The notes under the pieces: generated by a model
What the model was told of the DNA's origin: nothing
The model's database searches: none
Seen by the model: only the letters and a program-made list of their open reading frames with translations
Program-made: the position numbers and the translations under genes
From: Antedon mediterranea
Taxonomy: Eukaryota > Animalia > Echinodermata
Direction of reading: 5' to 3'
Length of the DNA: 64,000 bases
Assembly: GCF_964355755.1 (NCBI RefSeq)
Contig: NC_092675.1
Coordinates: 17,704,912-17,768,911 of the forward strand
In this document: in pieces, positions 14,401 through 30,956 of the stretch
Position numbering within the stretch: position 1 is the stretch's first letter
Layout: every line of letters starts with the position of its first letter

Positions 14401-15696
14401 ACAGTGATACAAACTAATATAAAAATAAATGCTTTGTTTTGTAGGGATATTTCTACAGACCACAAGATCTGGTTGGCTGGCTATGAGGAAAGACAGAAAT
14501 TAGACGAAGTGGTAGAGAAAAGCAAGAATGTTATGTTGTCATGCACCGGTCCTTGTGCAACCTCTTTTACCAGTCCTGTTGTTCAGGTAAGCTCTTTATT
14601 TTCTTATTTATCCCAGTGAAAATCATAAAATTTGTCTGCATTTATGTTGACTTTTGCACAATATTTTCCTAAAATATGTTTCGAGATGTAACACTATTTT
14701 CATGCTATTTCCATATTTTAGTATGAAATTGAAAACTTGGATCAAATACTCTGTGTGAAAGAAGAGCCGATGCAATCAGACATCAAGAAAGTCTGTCGAG
14801 CTAATGAAACGTGCACCTCGTATTCTGATTGTGTTTGTGATACACATTGCTGCGATGAATATACTCCGTCACACACCACTGCTGTTACTCCAGTGTCTGA
14901 ATTAAAGAATCAATCCCATTGGCTGATGTCATGTGAAGAAGATAAGAAAACATCTGAAGATTCCACCTTCTCATATTTTCAACAAGTGATATCAGAGAAG
15001 GAAGAGGATTGGCTTTCGCATAATCTGTATCAAATGACGTTATGCAAAGATAAAACAACATCTGAAGAATCAACATTCCCATATATTCAAAGAGTGATAT
15101 CGGAAAAGGAAGAGGCTTGGTTATCAAGTAATCTTATCAAATCTAGTTGTGTGGATTCCTCAGAATTTTCACCGCATACCGAGAAAGTGGATATGCCCAG
15201 TGATAGTATCTGGTTGGCACAGAAAGAACGAGTTCAAAAAAAATACTCTGGATCAGATGTATGCAAGATCATTCAGAATCACCATTCCCAATACAACACC
15301 ACTGATTGGTTAAACAACTCATGTAAAAAACAAACAACCTCAGAATTGCAAGAGTGTGACACATGGCAGACAATACAGGATCATCATTCAAAATACACAG
15401 ACGCTGATTGGCACCATTCACCTAGCACACCTAAAGAAGTTAATGAAGGGATCAATCACACTGTATCCAGAATGGCAGATTCTGAAAATAAAGAGTATGT
15501 TAAGTGGTTGATGCCATGCGCCAGAGACGGTGAGGAGCTCAAGAAATGCCTGGAGCTACACAAATCCACACCAAGTGTTTCTGACAGGCTCTTTGATACT
15601 GTTCCTGATGACATCCGTGGTATTCTTTACAAAATGGAAGATATACATTTAATAACAACACAACCATCAAAATGGCTGCTGAGTAGTGACAAGTAA
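11495..15696 (+). CDS. NCOA4: Nuclear receptor coactivator 4 / ferritinophagy cargo receptor, 679 aa, 7 coding exons
   Basis: Exons 11495-11605, 11907-12145, 12684-12912, 13305-13485, 13968-14130, 14445-14586, 14722-15696 (2040 nt). ARA70 coiled coil ISRQLEALRSRELWLVDQVD, plus EIENLDQILC and VCRANETCTSYSDCVCDTHC, match NCOA4. Confidence 0.92.
11771..11880. repeat. 40-bp tandem repeat (about 3 copies), each unit a small hairpin
   Basis: catttgaattctgattgggtagttcaaattattttcactg with internal ATTTGAA/TTCAAAT arms. Confidence 0.85.
14223..14389. mobile_element. Harbinger/Tourist-like MITE (family A)
   Basis: ctctgtctacactatcaaa...tttgatagtgtagacagagc TIRs; internal ccaaatatggtagtga repeats. Confidence 0.8.
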
Positions 15697-16807
15697 GAAC
15701 ACTGACAAAGATACGAAAATCTCTCAGTTCATTTCCATGTTTTGCAGTATTCTTTCATAAAAAGAAAAGGTAAAAGAATAGATATCCCATAACCATTAAA
15801 TGTATACGATAAGTATATTATTACAAGCATTTTATGTATAGCTTTTTTCTGTTTCTGTTTACAAACTAATTTACAATATGGAATTAATATTTACAGTGAT
15901 TTCATTTATTGAAACTCTGTTTGGTTGGGATAGGTATACATAAATTGGAGATAAGATTTTATTGTTACTTTATACAAAATGGACTTGACTATTTTCTAAT
16001 GAAGTGTAAACTTCCATTTAATACCAGAGTAGCATTTAAAAAAATGTAATGTTTGTAAATAGAGTAGTGTATTCAGTGTAGACTCATTAATATTTAACCA
16101 TCACACTTTTTTTATGATGTAACTGTTTTAAAAACAAATATAACTAATATTATGTTACAGCATTCATTAACAATATATATAGTAATTTGTAAATGGGAAT
16201 GAACTAAATAAATACTTTTTAATAATTCAATTATACTGAATTTATAGTTTACTTTTCATAACATTTGTAAACAAAATATACTTATTCTTTAGAATGTCAT
16301 TAGTTTGTATAGAATAATTTAAGTTGATAAAGTCAAATAAACACTATCAATATACATTATTATGGTATAAAGTAGGTGTAGTACTGTATCTGTATTAAAT
16401 AAGAGGTTTTGCTAGTGTACAATACACCTTGAAGTTTTTGGAATACCAGCTTCCAGATGGTCAGTGGAACATTCAAATTAGAAATAGTTCCACCAAAAGC
16501 GTGATCTATGTCATCTATGCATCTCTATTTTAAATGAAAATTAAATATGATAATAAAATATTTCAATTAATGTGGTGTTTTTGTGATAACTTTAGAACTG
16601 TGTTCTTCCAAGGTAATGCTTACAAGCTTTAGATGCTGTGACAGAGCCATTAATGGCTCTGGTTGGAAAATTGCCATGTCGCCCTCTACATACAGAGACA
16701 AAAACAAAACCAAAATGTGTAAACACACAATGTGTCAATGTACGTAACGGTTTGGAAGGACTAATGAAACGTCGTTGTATTTTTGCAATTTTCACCTATT
16801 ATTTAAT

Positions 16808-18770
16808 ATGACTTCCGTTGACCGAACGTGTAGGCTTGACATGAAACATGGGTTTGTTAAGCAAATAATTAAAAATCAAGTGTGCAGGTGAGGCTTTTGT
16901 AATGATTAACCCATGGAGTAAAGAATAAGAACCATAATAAATCGTAGTGTTCATCAACGGACAACGGGGAGTGAGAGGTTCGTTCCCCCATCACTCATTC
17001 ATCTAGGCCTACAGTATATGTTTTGCGCGAGTTTAAAATGTTTGAGCAATTGGAAATGGTTCATGGATTTCTTTACGCAAGTGGGAATCCCTGTTCGTAA
17101 TTTAATAATAAGTATTAAGTATGTATATTTTGTGTTCAAAACCTGTTCTGTGCAACTGCAAATCGTTGAAATCGCGCACAAAAATAATTCGCCGTGGCTA
17201 AAGATACGGTAACTGTATCCTAACTTCCGTTTACTAAAGGTACGGTAAATTGTATTACGGCATAATCAGCCAATAGGATGCTGGTACTTGTGTGACGTCA
17301 TCGTATAAGGACTTTTTTTCACAGTGAAAATAAATTCTAATCTTTTTTGTTGAATTTTTCATTTTTAGAGATGAGTACGATAAAGAAATCAAAGTCTCAA
17401 ATTCTCAGACTAAAGTGAAAACCAAACATGGAACAACAAAAGAGAGCCAGAACTATTATTTACCACCAAAAATGAGGAAACAATCCGATGCAAAAGGTGA
17501 GATAATTGATTGTTTGAAAGTAGTGAATGTCATGACAAGTAAAATGCAACATAATTTTATCCAGATTTTTGCAATTTCAATCTAAATAATTGATTTCAAT
17601 TGGCTGATTATGACGTAATGCAGTTTTACAGTACCTTTAGCAAACGGAAGTTAGGATACGGCACTGTATCTTTAGCCATGGCGTAAAAAAAAGTGGGTCT
17701 GTGCCTTTAAAATGTATTAAAATTAAAACATTTGTATACTGTACACTAAGGCACTATGTAAAAGCTTCTCCACTGCAGTTACTGTCAGTAACTACATGAT
17801 GAATGTTTAATCTTGCTATTTATACACACTCTCTATTACAGTGACTGCCTCATAAACTTGTACATGAAACAAACAAAAATCATAGATTATTGCAGTAAAC
17901 AAAGTAGTAACTGCAGCAGAGTATTTTTGATATCATCCATAAATTAATATGAGCCGTTACATAATGTGGCCTTTTTTAGTTGTGGAAGAGAAACCGGAAG
18001 ATAACAAGGCCGTATTGATGACAGTTGATAGGCGAGATGAAGACCGTGCATTATTTAAACTAGAGTATGTGGACCAACATGGTAACATTCATGTCAGAGT
18101 TGTTCATATGGTGAGTAAATAATGTTTTCTTTCGTTGCTTTGAGGTAAAATCTTATGGCAATTGTACCTTTATAGATTTTTAAAATGATTAAATTTAATA
18201 TTAGTATGCTTGTTTCCCACTAGCGACGCACAACGCAAGAAAATGCCCTTCCAATAATTGTGTTTTCAGTTGCTGTAGACTTTGACCTGGTTCACCCTGC
18301 ATACTTTTGAGTACGCGCTGTACTATGTTTTTCAGTGTTCTTTTGTTTTGCGTTGTTGTTGCATGATGTTTGTAGTAATTCCCACACGCTTAATGAAAAC
18401 TGTTCCTGACTTAGGCTCTGTTTAGACTATCAAACTTTGTGACAAAAAAAATGTGCTGTGCCCATATATAGAAATGATGATGTGATATTGCTATCATATT
18501 TGGGCACATCACACTTTTTAAAAAAAACTAATGTAATAGTGTATACAGAGCTTAAGTGTGTGTAGAATTAAAATAGACAAGCAAGGAATACAGAACATAA
18601 ATAGGGTAGAGGTGGAAACATTGTAAAATGATGTGTTTTTTTGTTTGTAGGGTGATAATTCTGAAGAAATAGCACAAGAACTGGCAATCAAAACCAATCT
18701 TTCAGAAGATTTGTGTGCTTGTTTGCAAGTTAGAATATTGAAAAATATAACAACATATACAAGAAATTAA
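16808..18770 (+). CDS. C2orf68: UPF0561 protein C2orf68 homolog, 152 aa, 4 exons
   Basis: Exons 16808-16887, 17369-17496, 17980-18110, 18651-18770 (459 nt). RLDMKHGFVKQIIKNQVCRDEYDKEIK, YYLPP, LFKLEY..G and GDNSEEIA..LQVRI match UPF0561. Not in the ORF track because it is spliced. Confidence 0.88.
17190..17683. repeat. ~85-bp inverted repeat pair (17190-17275 / 17599-17683) enclosing C2orf68 exon 2
   Basis: Left arm cgccgtggctaaagatacggtaactgtatcctaacttccgtttactaaaggtac...cataatcagccaat is a near reverse complement of the right arm. Confidence 0.9.
18415..18551. mobile_element. Harbinger/Tourist-like MITE (family A)
   Basis: gctctgtttagactatcaaac...tagtgtatacagagc, followed by TTA. Confidence 0.7.
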
Positions 18771-19678
18771 GATATGTTTTTATGGTTGATTGTTGATGTT
18801 GAGATTTAACGCTTTATTATTACTCAAACATGGTGCTATTTTAAATTATTAGTTAGTTGAACACATCAGAATAACCGAATAATTATGGTACATTAAGGAT
18901 GTGTGTTATGGATGGATATTATAATGTATTCTAACTTAATAATAGAAAAATGATTAAAATAACTACTATAGTATGACAGTAACTGTTTTAGTTTTTAAAT
19001 TGTTTTGACGTACTGTAACTGATTACTGGTATAAATCATAAATATTTTATTTAATCTATTATATATATACACAAATCAGGCAAAGAACATTAATTCTAAA
19101 CCGCCCGGTGATATACTGAAATTTATTATATATATATATCTCCAATCTGCAGACAGTACTGTTTCGATCTTATTAGATCTCGTCACTGCAGCTCAGGTTT
19201 CGAAATATACATATACCGGTAATAGTTTCGTGGAAATCTCTCTATTATATATATATAATAGTACAGAGATTTCCACGAAAAATTACCAAATTTCAACCTT
19301 TTATTTTTCGACATAAAGTGGTCCCATGACACTACATGCGCACATAGCAATGTTAGTGCATATTAATTGGATTTAAAAAGGTCGAAATTTGGGTGATTTG
19401 GCAAAAAAATCCCTGCACTATTTAGCACAGAATTCAACAAAAATTACCAAATTTCAATCTTTATTTTTTGGCATAAAGTGGTCCCATGACACTATAAGAC
19501 AATGATATGGCATTATATGTGCAATATGTGCAATATTAGTGCAACTTAATTGCATTTTAAAAATGTGGAAATTTGGGTGATTTTTTAAAAGTTTTTGAAC
19601 GCTTACAAACCTTGTGAAAGGTGTTTTTCAGCGTATAGTACCCGGTATCCATTTAGGCAATTTGTTGTATACAATTAA

Positions 19679-20258
19679 AGCTAAGGTACAGGCATGAATT
19701 TTAAATATAATATTTGGTTAATTGTACATAAATCAAATATTTGTAACAGAAATCGAGACGAAAAAACATGAATTTCCCTTAATATGGTGAAATACAAAAT
19801 TTGGCAAAATTCTTCCATAAAAACCAGAAAGACTTTTTTTCAGTAGTTAACCTAATGTAATAACATGTCTGTTGACTCCCCAGACGGTGAAAAAAGATGA
19901 TAGATATACGATGGATAATTTTTGCTATAGCATGAAAATAAAAAGCTGAAGTTGAATAAAAATATCAGAAATGTAATATTCAAGTTATATTACCTATATT
20001 TAGTCATCTGATAACATTTATCCCGTTTATTTTTCATAGCTTTATAAAATGCCTCTCTATTTACAAAATTTGTGTACAAAAGAATAGAGATTTTACTGTG
20101 TAATTTGAACTATCCCCCCACTGATAAGAAAGTGCTTATTTTCAACAATCTTGTGTAACACAAATAAAATCCCAAAAATTATGAAACATAGGGGAAACTA
20201 TAGATCGATAATTATTGGAATGTATGATCACTAGAAATTTTTTGCCCGCACCTGGCCT
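19679..20258. mobile_element. Kolobok-like non-autonomous DNA transposon (family B), second copy at 61243-61826
   Basis: TTAA on both sides; imperfect TIR AGCTAAGGTACAGGCA / AGGCCAGGTGCGGGCA; aligns along its length with 61243-61826. Confidence 0.75.
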
Positions 20259-21638
20259 TTAAAACAATTCTGGCTAAAAAATCAGATGCCTTTTTACCTT
20301 AGGCTTTCTTTGAGGGTAATGCACCCTGTGTGTATACACACTTTTAAAATTCGATGTTTTAACGAAAAGCGTTGAAAAGCTAGTTAGCTTACGTCTCCTG
20401 GGAGAAATGCACACCGCCCTCTCTTCTTAGTGAATATTAATTGGGGATTTTAAAAAGGTATATATGGGTGATTTGAAAAAAAAATCCTTGTACTATAGTA
20501 CAGGGTTTTTTTTTTAAAAATTAGCCAAAATATTGAAATTTGAAAAGTATATATTGAGATAACATGCACAGAAATTATGTGATGTGTATGATATAGTAAC
20601 CATTTGTGTCAAATAAAAGTGTTGATATGGAATTTTGAAAAGTATTGAGGTAACATGCGTAGAACATGTAATTCTGCGCATGTCGCATTATGATATAGTA
20701 ACCAGTTATATCAACAAATGAAAGGGTTGGAATTTGGTGATTTTCCATTTCTAGAACATGTATCATGCACTTAATTTATTTATTATGGTGCCTGTGTATT
20801 GTAATAATAAATGTTATGTCTAGAAATAAGGTATTTATACTTTTTGCTACTAAAGGTGCGATATAAAGAGCACTATGTAAGCATAGGTGTTAATCAAATA
20901 CAGGTTATGCCAATGGTGTTTAGTTTCATGACTGGGGAATTTAAGGATGCAGTTAGAATTTAATATGTAGTAGCCAGAACGAAACTTGTACTATAGTAAA
21001 GGGATTTTTTTTTTAAATTTTAAAAAGTATTGAAAAGTATGTATTAAGGTAACATGCGCAGAACTCATTACTGTGCGATTCTGTGCATGTCACAGTAACT
21101 TAGAGCACTATTATCATAAAATACAGTAACCGAGCATCAATTTAACGTTTTCTCGATTTTAGTCGAAAATTTTATTGATATATATATACAGTACACATTG
21201 TCTATCAAATTCACAATGTAGTTTTTGAATAAATGCTATTTCTTGAGGAGCAAATACAATTATTGGGAGGTTTTTGCAAACCGCTTTTATGAATTACACT
21301 ATAGTTAAACAAAACCAAATATTTTGATAGTTATCCCTCTAATAAATTACTGGTTAAACTTTACAAACTGACAAACTAGTTTACATGATAATGGTGTGGC
21401 TTATTATAATTTACAAGTACTGATCTCAGGAAGAGACAAGAATAATCAGCTAAGAAATATGCACTATTTACTTTGTATGGGTTAATGTTTACTCAAAATT
21501 AAAACATAAATTGTATGCCTAATGTATATGTAAATTATAGATTGTGTTTTACATAATTAAAATAAACAATATACTAGTACACTTTAGTGCAGAATGCGTA
21601 AATGTTTAATTTGATGGTATTACTGTTTTGAATTCTCT

Positions 21639-25643
<4,005 letters not shown>

Positions 25644-25810
25644 TCAAATGGTAAAAATAACAAAGATAATGTACAGTCTAAAATATAATTTATTAATTTA
25701 CTTCGATTAAGTGGTAATTTAGATGTTGATGTTTCGAGTATATACGGATACAAAAGATAGGTTTAGCCAAACAAGTCTAGCCCCGCTAACAGCACAATTG
25801 TAAGTGGCTA

Positions 25811-25876
25811 GTTGCGGGAAAATTTCGCGCGTTTAGGGTCGAAAGAAAGCAACTGGCGGGAGCTCCACTGATTGGA
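25811..25876 (-). promoter_or_regulatory. PCNA promoter: E2F sites and CCAAT box
   Basis: GCGGGAAA (25814-25821) and TTTCGCGC (25823-25830) back-to-back, GGCGGGAG (25855-25862), ATTGG (25871-25875), all 180-245 bp upstream of the ATG. E2F control of PCNA is established. Confidence 0.7.
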
Positions 25877-26185
25877 CAATGTGATAATCAGTCGGAACGT
25901 AATAGGTGATACCATTTTCTTAAAAGGGATAAATATAAAAATTACATACATTGTTAAAATCTAAAACGATGATTCATCCATAATTAATCTACTATACTAT
26001 CCAGATGAAGTTAAAAAACTAATAAAATATTTCTGTAAAGTTTGTATTGACATAGGAGTATAGTGGGTAAAAATTGTCTAATCGTCATAACCTATAAACT
26101 AAATATTACCAACTACTTTGTGGTTCGTGTTCAGACATGACAAACAGCAAAACGTCACAAGTCTTGTTCTTTTGTTTATTTCTCC

Positions 26186-26371
26186 ATGGCCGGCTGGTCT
26201 GACCGTATTATATTTACAGACCTCATTCCTACATATGCATTTGGTGTATCTGGAATTGTGCTATCATTATGGATTATTGTAAACTTGAGCGTAACCTATA
26301 TAATAGTATTAAATCTCTATACATTCTGGTTGTACTTTCTACTAGGTAACCCAGTATCAAAACTAAACTAA
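26186..26371 (+). CDS. Candidate 61-aa hydrophobic microprotein (or first exon of an unrecognised gene)
   Basis: ccATGG start context, two hydrophobic segments, AATAAA at 26443, divergent from the PCNA promoter. No family recognised. Confidence 0.35.
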   Translation: MAGWSDRIIFTDLIPTYAFGVSGIVLSLWIIVNLSVTYIIVLNLYTFWLYFLLGNPVSKLN

Positions 26372-27077
26372 CCCTAGGATTAGGAAGTGACACTAGCCTT
26401 CCTACTGGGACCGTCCATGCTGGGACGCAACCAGTAATTGTTAATAAAGTAGGCCTAAATGAAATATTTGACATGTTTTGCAAAAGCTATATAAAACAAG
26501 CATGGGCTTTTCACGTACCAAAATGTAAAATTTAAATACCACTAATACTACTAATGTATAACTGTAAATAGAGTAACGAAATAAAGAATTTTTTTTTATA
26601 GTGTAGTTAAAATTTTTTTTCGTATTAAACTATGATTTTATGTGAATGTATTTTTATATATTATTTTGTATCACTATTATGTATAATTGTTATTACTATA
26701 CTGTATAGGAAAACAATTCAATATTAACTATCATGATAATTTTAATATCCTCATCAACAATTATTTTTGTTACTACTTCCTCTTTATGTATATATATACG
26801 GTATATAAATATATTTAACTAAAATGTATCAACTCATGTCAGACAAATATTGCTACAGTATATAGTACTAATTTAATTTAAATTAGCTCAAGTATCCGTA
26901 TCCGTCATTTTATGTTAATTGTGTTCAATATGGATGCACCACTTGTGTGTGCCACCGATGTAAAGGTGCAATTTCCAAATAAATTGATTGATTGATTGAT
27001 ATATAGAATAATTAAAGAAAGAAAAAGGCCTAAAAAATGTAACATATAGAGGGCGGCAAACAGAAAATTATAAATAA

Positions 27078-28373
27078 TCTATCTATATTATAAGTGAGAG
27101 AGTTTGTCTGTTTGTTTGTTTGTCTGTTTGTTCGTTATACAAATTTTTGTTACTGCACAAAATCTTACATATGGGGTATCAAAATGACCGCAATTGTACC
27201 GGGAATGTTCTAAGCTATATTTCAACATCATCCGCCACCTAGAATCCATGTTAGGGACCAAAATGTGGTCAAAACCCCCACTTTCGATGTTTGTTCGTTA
27301 TACAAATTTCCGTTTCTGCACGTAACCATACGTATGGGGTATCAAAATGATGGCAATTGTACCCGGAAGGTTTTAAACTACATTTGAAAAAATTCCCCCG
27401 ACTCCTGGGGTTTTTGTGGGAGGGGTGGGGGTGGAGTGGTGGTTTGTGATGTCATTTTTTGCTAGGGCTCGGGGTTGTAGGCTATCGAATTGTAAAATTA
27501 TACTACAAAAGTTTGACAGTATTTTAATTATCCTCAGCAAGGCGTATATAGATATACATATTTTATTCATTAACCAATATGACACCTATTCAATTACACA
27601 TTTAGCAAAGTACTTTAACCATATCCAGCTATGTATCGGTCTCTTGGATTTTCTCATTACAGATATCCATTCCTGTGTGAACATACACACGTTGTTTACC
27701 GTTACTGTGTTCAACTACATCACGATGCCTCCAAGGAAAAAAGTATTTAATTATTCCTGGGAAGCGGCTGGGAGTTTGGGGTGGGCCTATCACCATGACC
27801 GAAACTGTATTTGGTTTGTTTTAAACTACATTTGAAAACTGCCACTGAGGGATTATGGGTTGGGAGTGATAATAACATAACTTCAACAAATCACCCAGTG
27901 TATCTGGGGTGTGTTTGTAGGGGGAGGTGGAAGAGCGAAAATATTGTCGTAATGAAGTAGCCTATATGCTTGGAATTGTACTAGGAAAAGTTACTATATT
28001 TGAACTGTCATGGGGAGGAGTTAAGGTTTGTTGATTGTGGCTGGGGTGGTGAGAGGAGAAAGAAGGCTGGGGGCCCGCAGTATCTAAATTAGATATTTTA
28101 ATTATCAGCCAATATGACACCTATTCATTTACACAATTTACAACGTACTTCAACCATTATTAGACCCATCATAGCTATGTATACTCCTCTCAATTTGAAG
28201 CTTACGTTGAATTGAATTTGTCCATCACTGGGAAGAATTGGTTTTTAAAAAAGAGTATGGGGTGTTATTGAAGAAGGGTGGAGATTGGTGAGTATAGACA
28301 GATACTGGCGTCGGGTGTTGAGAAGGCTTTAAACTAATTTTGAAACCTGCCCTGGGGCGGGTATAATTGCTAG
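27078..28373 (+). mobile_element. Non-autonomous Helitron-like element
   Basis: 5' A|TC(TATC)TATATTATAA followed by a (GTTT/GTCT)n tract; 3' hairpin ACCTGCCC-TG-GGGCGGGT 7 nt before the terminal CTAG|T; internal duplications. Confidence 0.7.
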
Positions 28374-29333
28374 TATTAAATATAGGGACTTTACAAAACA
28401 CAACAAATAATTGTTGTACGACATTGCCGTATGAACAAATTGGTGAAAGAGCAAATTGCTGTATGTAGTTAAATTGCCGAATAGACAAAAATTGGCATAA
28501 GGACAAAATTTCCGAAAGGACAAAAATTGGCGCGCGTAAAGACAAACATTGGTGTACAGTGTAACTAAATTTATTTAATTACTTTTTACAACAAGTTTGC
28601 TTAATAAATATCACGCACCGAAATTATTGCTACCTTTGGTGGGTAAGTAACAGACTTATCAGAGTAAATTATTAAGGATGAACGCATCCATCCTATATGT
28701 GTAATTATCACAACCATAAATATAAAATACAATAACATACCAAGAATATGGAGTAAATATTTATTTTATGATTATGATCATATCAGTATGACATTTGGCT
28801 GAGTAATATGATATTGAATTCTCAAAAATCATTATAATTGAAGCTTATTACATAACTGGCGCCACCTAGAAATCATGATACATTGTTTTAAATAAAAGCA
28901 CTAAAGCTGCTGGAAACACACAGTACACTAAAAAATCTTAAAATATAATTTAATAAAATGTAAAGAAACATGAAATAAAACAGTTGTAGCATAGTTGTAG
29001 CATTTTTGCATAAAGTCAATTTTTTAACAAATAATTGTCCAAAATCAACATTGCAATGTTAAAAATATCTATACAAGATCCAGAAAATTGGATTCTAACA
29101 ATTTAATACATATTTACTAAATTTATTATAATTATTTACTATTTATATAATATTACAGAAAGACTTTATTATGCGGTATACAACAATAAACTTGCATATC
29201 AAATTAATAAAATATGTTCAGTTGTTTGTTTTTGCAACACAAACTCAGTGGTTAGAATTCATTCATACTCAATCCACTTTAAAAAGTAATTAGTTGAATT
29301 ATTATCCATGTATAAAAGTGATGGAAATGGTAA

Positions 29334-29655
29334 AGATGTATTGTCCCCAAAAACATGAAAAATGAAGATTAGTTAAATCAAACTTTGAATATGTTAGTTT
29401 TAATCAAGTTAATCACTTCCGTAGAAAAAAAAAATGTTCACTTATAAAATGACAAAATAAATTGTTAAATTCAACCAAAAACTCATTGGCTGGCAGCCAA
29501 TTTGACCATTTTTTGCTTTAAATTACAGTTTTTTCAGGTAAATACATTTTTTTCGATCCAATTTTTGGTCAAAGTGGATAACTATTATAATACATTAAAA
29601 TGGCATATTAAAAAAAAAATGTTAAGAATTATTTTTTCAGGGGGACAATACATCT
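29334..29655. mobile_element. Kolobok-like MITE (family C); related copies at ~34041-34359 and ~62981-63222
   Basis: TIR AGATGTATTGTCCCC/GGGGACAATACATCT flanked by (G)TAA/TTAA; internal aaaacatgaaaaatgaagatt shared with the other copies. Confidence 0.75.
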
Positions 29656-30956
29656 TTAAACCCAGAGCTATCTATTATTACTAGCAATTTGTTTAACAAA
29701 CTGTTGTCAATACAGTATAGAGTGCAATTACATCATTGTAGGGCAAAACATTTGACCGATTAAAACTGATTTGATCACCTATAGGCCTAGTCACAATCTT
29801 TGAAAAACTTGATTGTGAGTGAAGAACACTTTATACACATTATATTTGAAGACATCTCAGAGTTTATTAGGATTTTCTACGGAATTGAGATGAATTTTTA
29901 CCACAAAATATGTTATTGTAATGATTATCAAAAAATACTAATATTAAAAATAAAACACACTCACACAAAACTTGTATCATGATATAGCATAAATTTGTAT
30001 TACTAAAATTTCAGTTGTCTTTCATATTCAAAAGAATTCTCCTTTTAAAAGAAATATTTGTCATTTAATCTTTCTACAAGTAACAATTTACACATTAATA
30101 AAATAAAGTTTGCCATGATTTCTAACCATGAAGGATGACTAGTTGACATTCTTGTTTACCTTCATCTAATTTATAATACAATAATTGAAAGCATACACAG
30201 TCAGCTTCTATTTACAAGTCGATATACATTTTCAAACACAATTACAATACAGGGTTCAACACTAGTGGAGTACAAGGTTTTAAAGGGGGCAAGGCCTCGC
30301 CTACCTCAGCCACCATGAAGAAGATGTGGAAGATGTTTGATGTTAGTGCCATTAATGCCAGTAATAACATCTTAAGTATTTTTCTTATTTACATTTTTTT
30401 TTTTAAATGGTATTATACCTTCCATTGTATCCAATTATAACCATTGGATTGAAACACTATGTAAGTTTGATAATTAATTATGTAATTAAGTTGAGATACA
30501 TTTAATCAGGATATAAATAGGAGTTTATTTGAATAAAAAGATTGGAAGACATACTGTACCAGTACTTAGGAAGACAATGGAATATGTTAAATACCTTTGC
30601 ATAGTCCACAAGTATTCATTAACTGTAGTTACAAATTTGGTATATTTTGAAAGACAACATATACAGTAGTAACATTAACCAAGATGTTTCACCAAAATAC
30701 TGTTTTTAAAGATGGTTTACATATTATTGTTGAATACACTGTATAATAAAACTCAGACTACTTTGTTATTTACAAATTAAAGAGTGCTTGCTCATGACTT
30801 GTGTGGCCAATCAATTTTATTTATAGAAATTACAGACTTATGCCTGCTCTTGAAAGAGTCCAATACTTTAAAGCTCATCCAACTTATCCATCCAACTTAC
30901 CAATTCATCTGCTTTCTTCAAAGTCTTTAACATCGTCAAAATTGTTTAAATCTATA

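Noticed and set aside
5079-15696. Functional lysosomal cluster BLOC1S2 + NCOA4
   Set aside because: Adjacency alone; separate promoters and no sequence evidence of co-regulation.
27416-28545. 139-aa and 106-aa ORFs
   Set aside because: Lie largely inside the Helitron-like repeat; no RepHel or other recognisable motifs.
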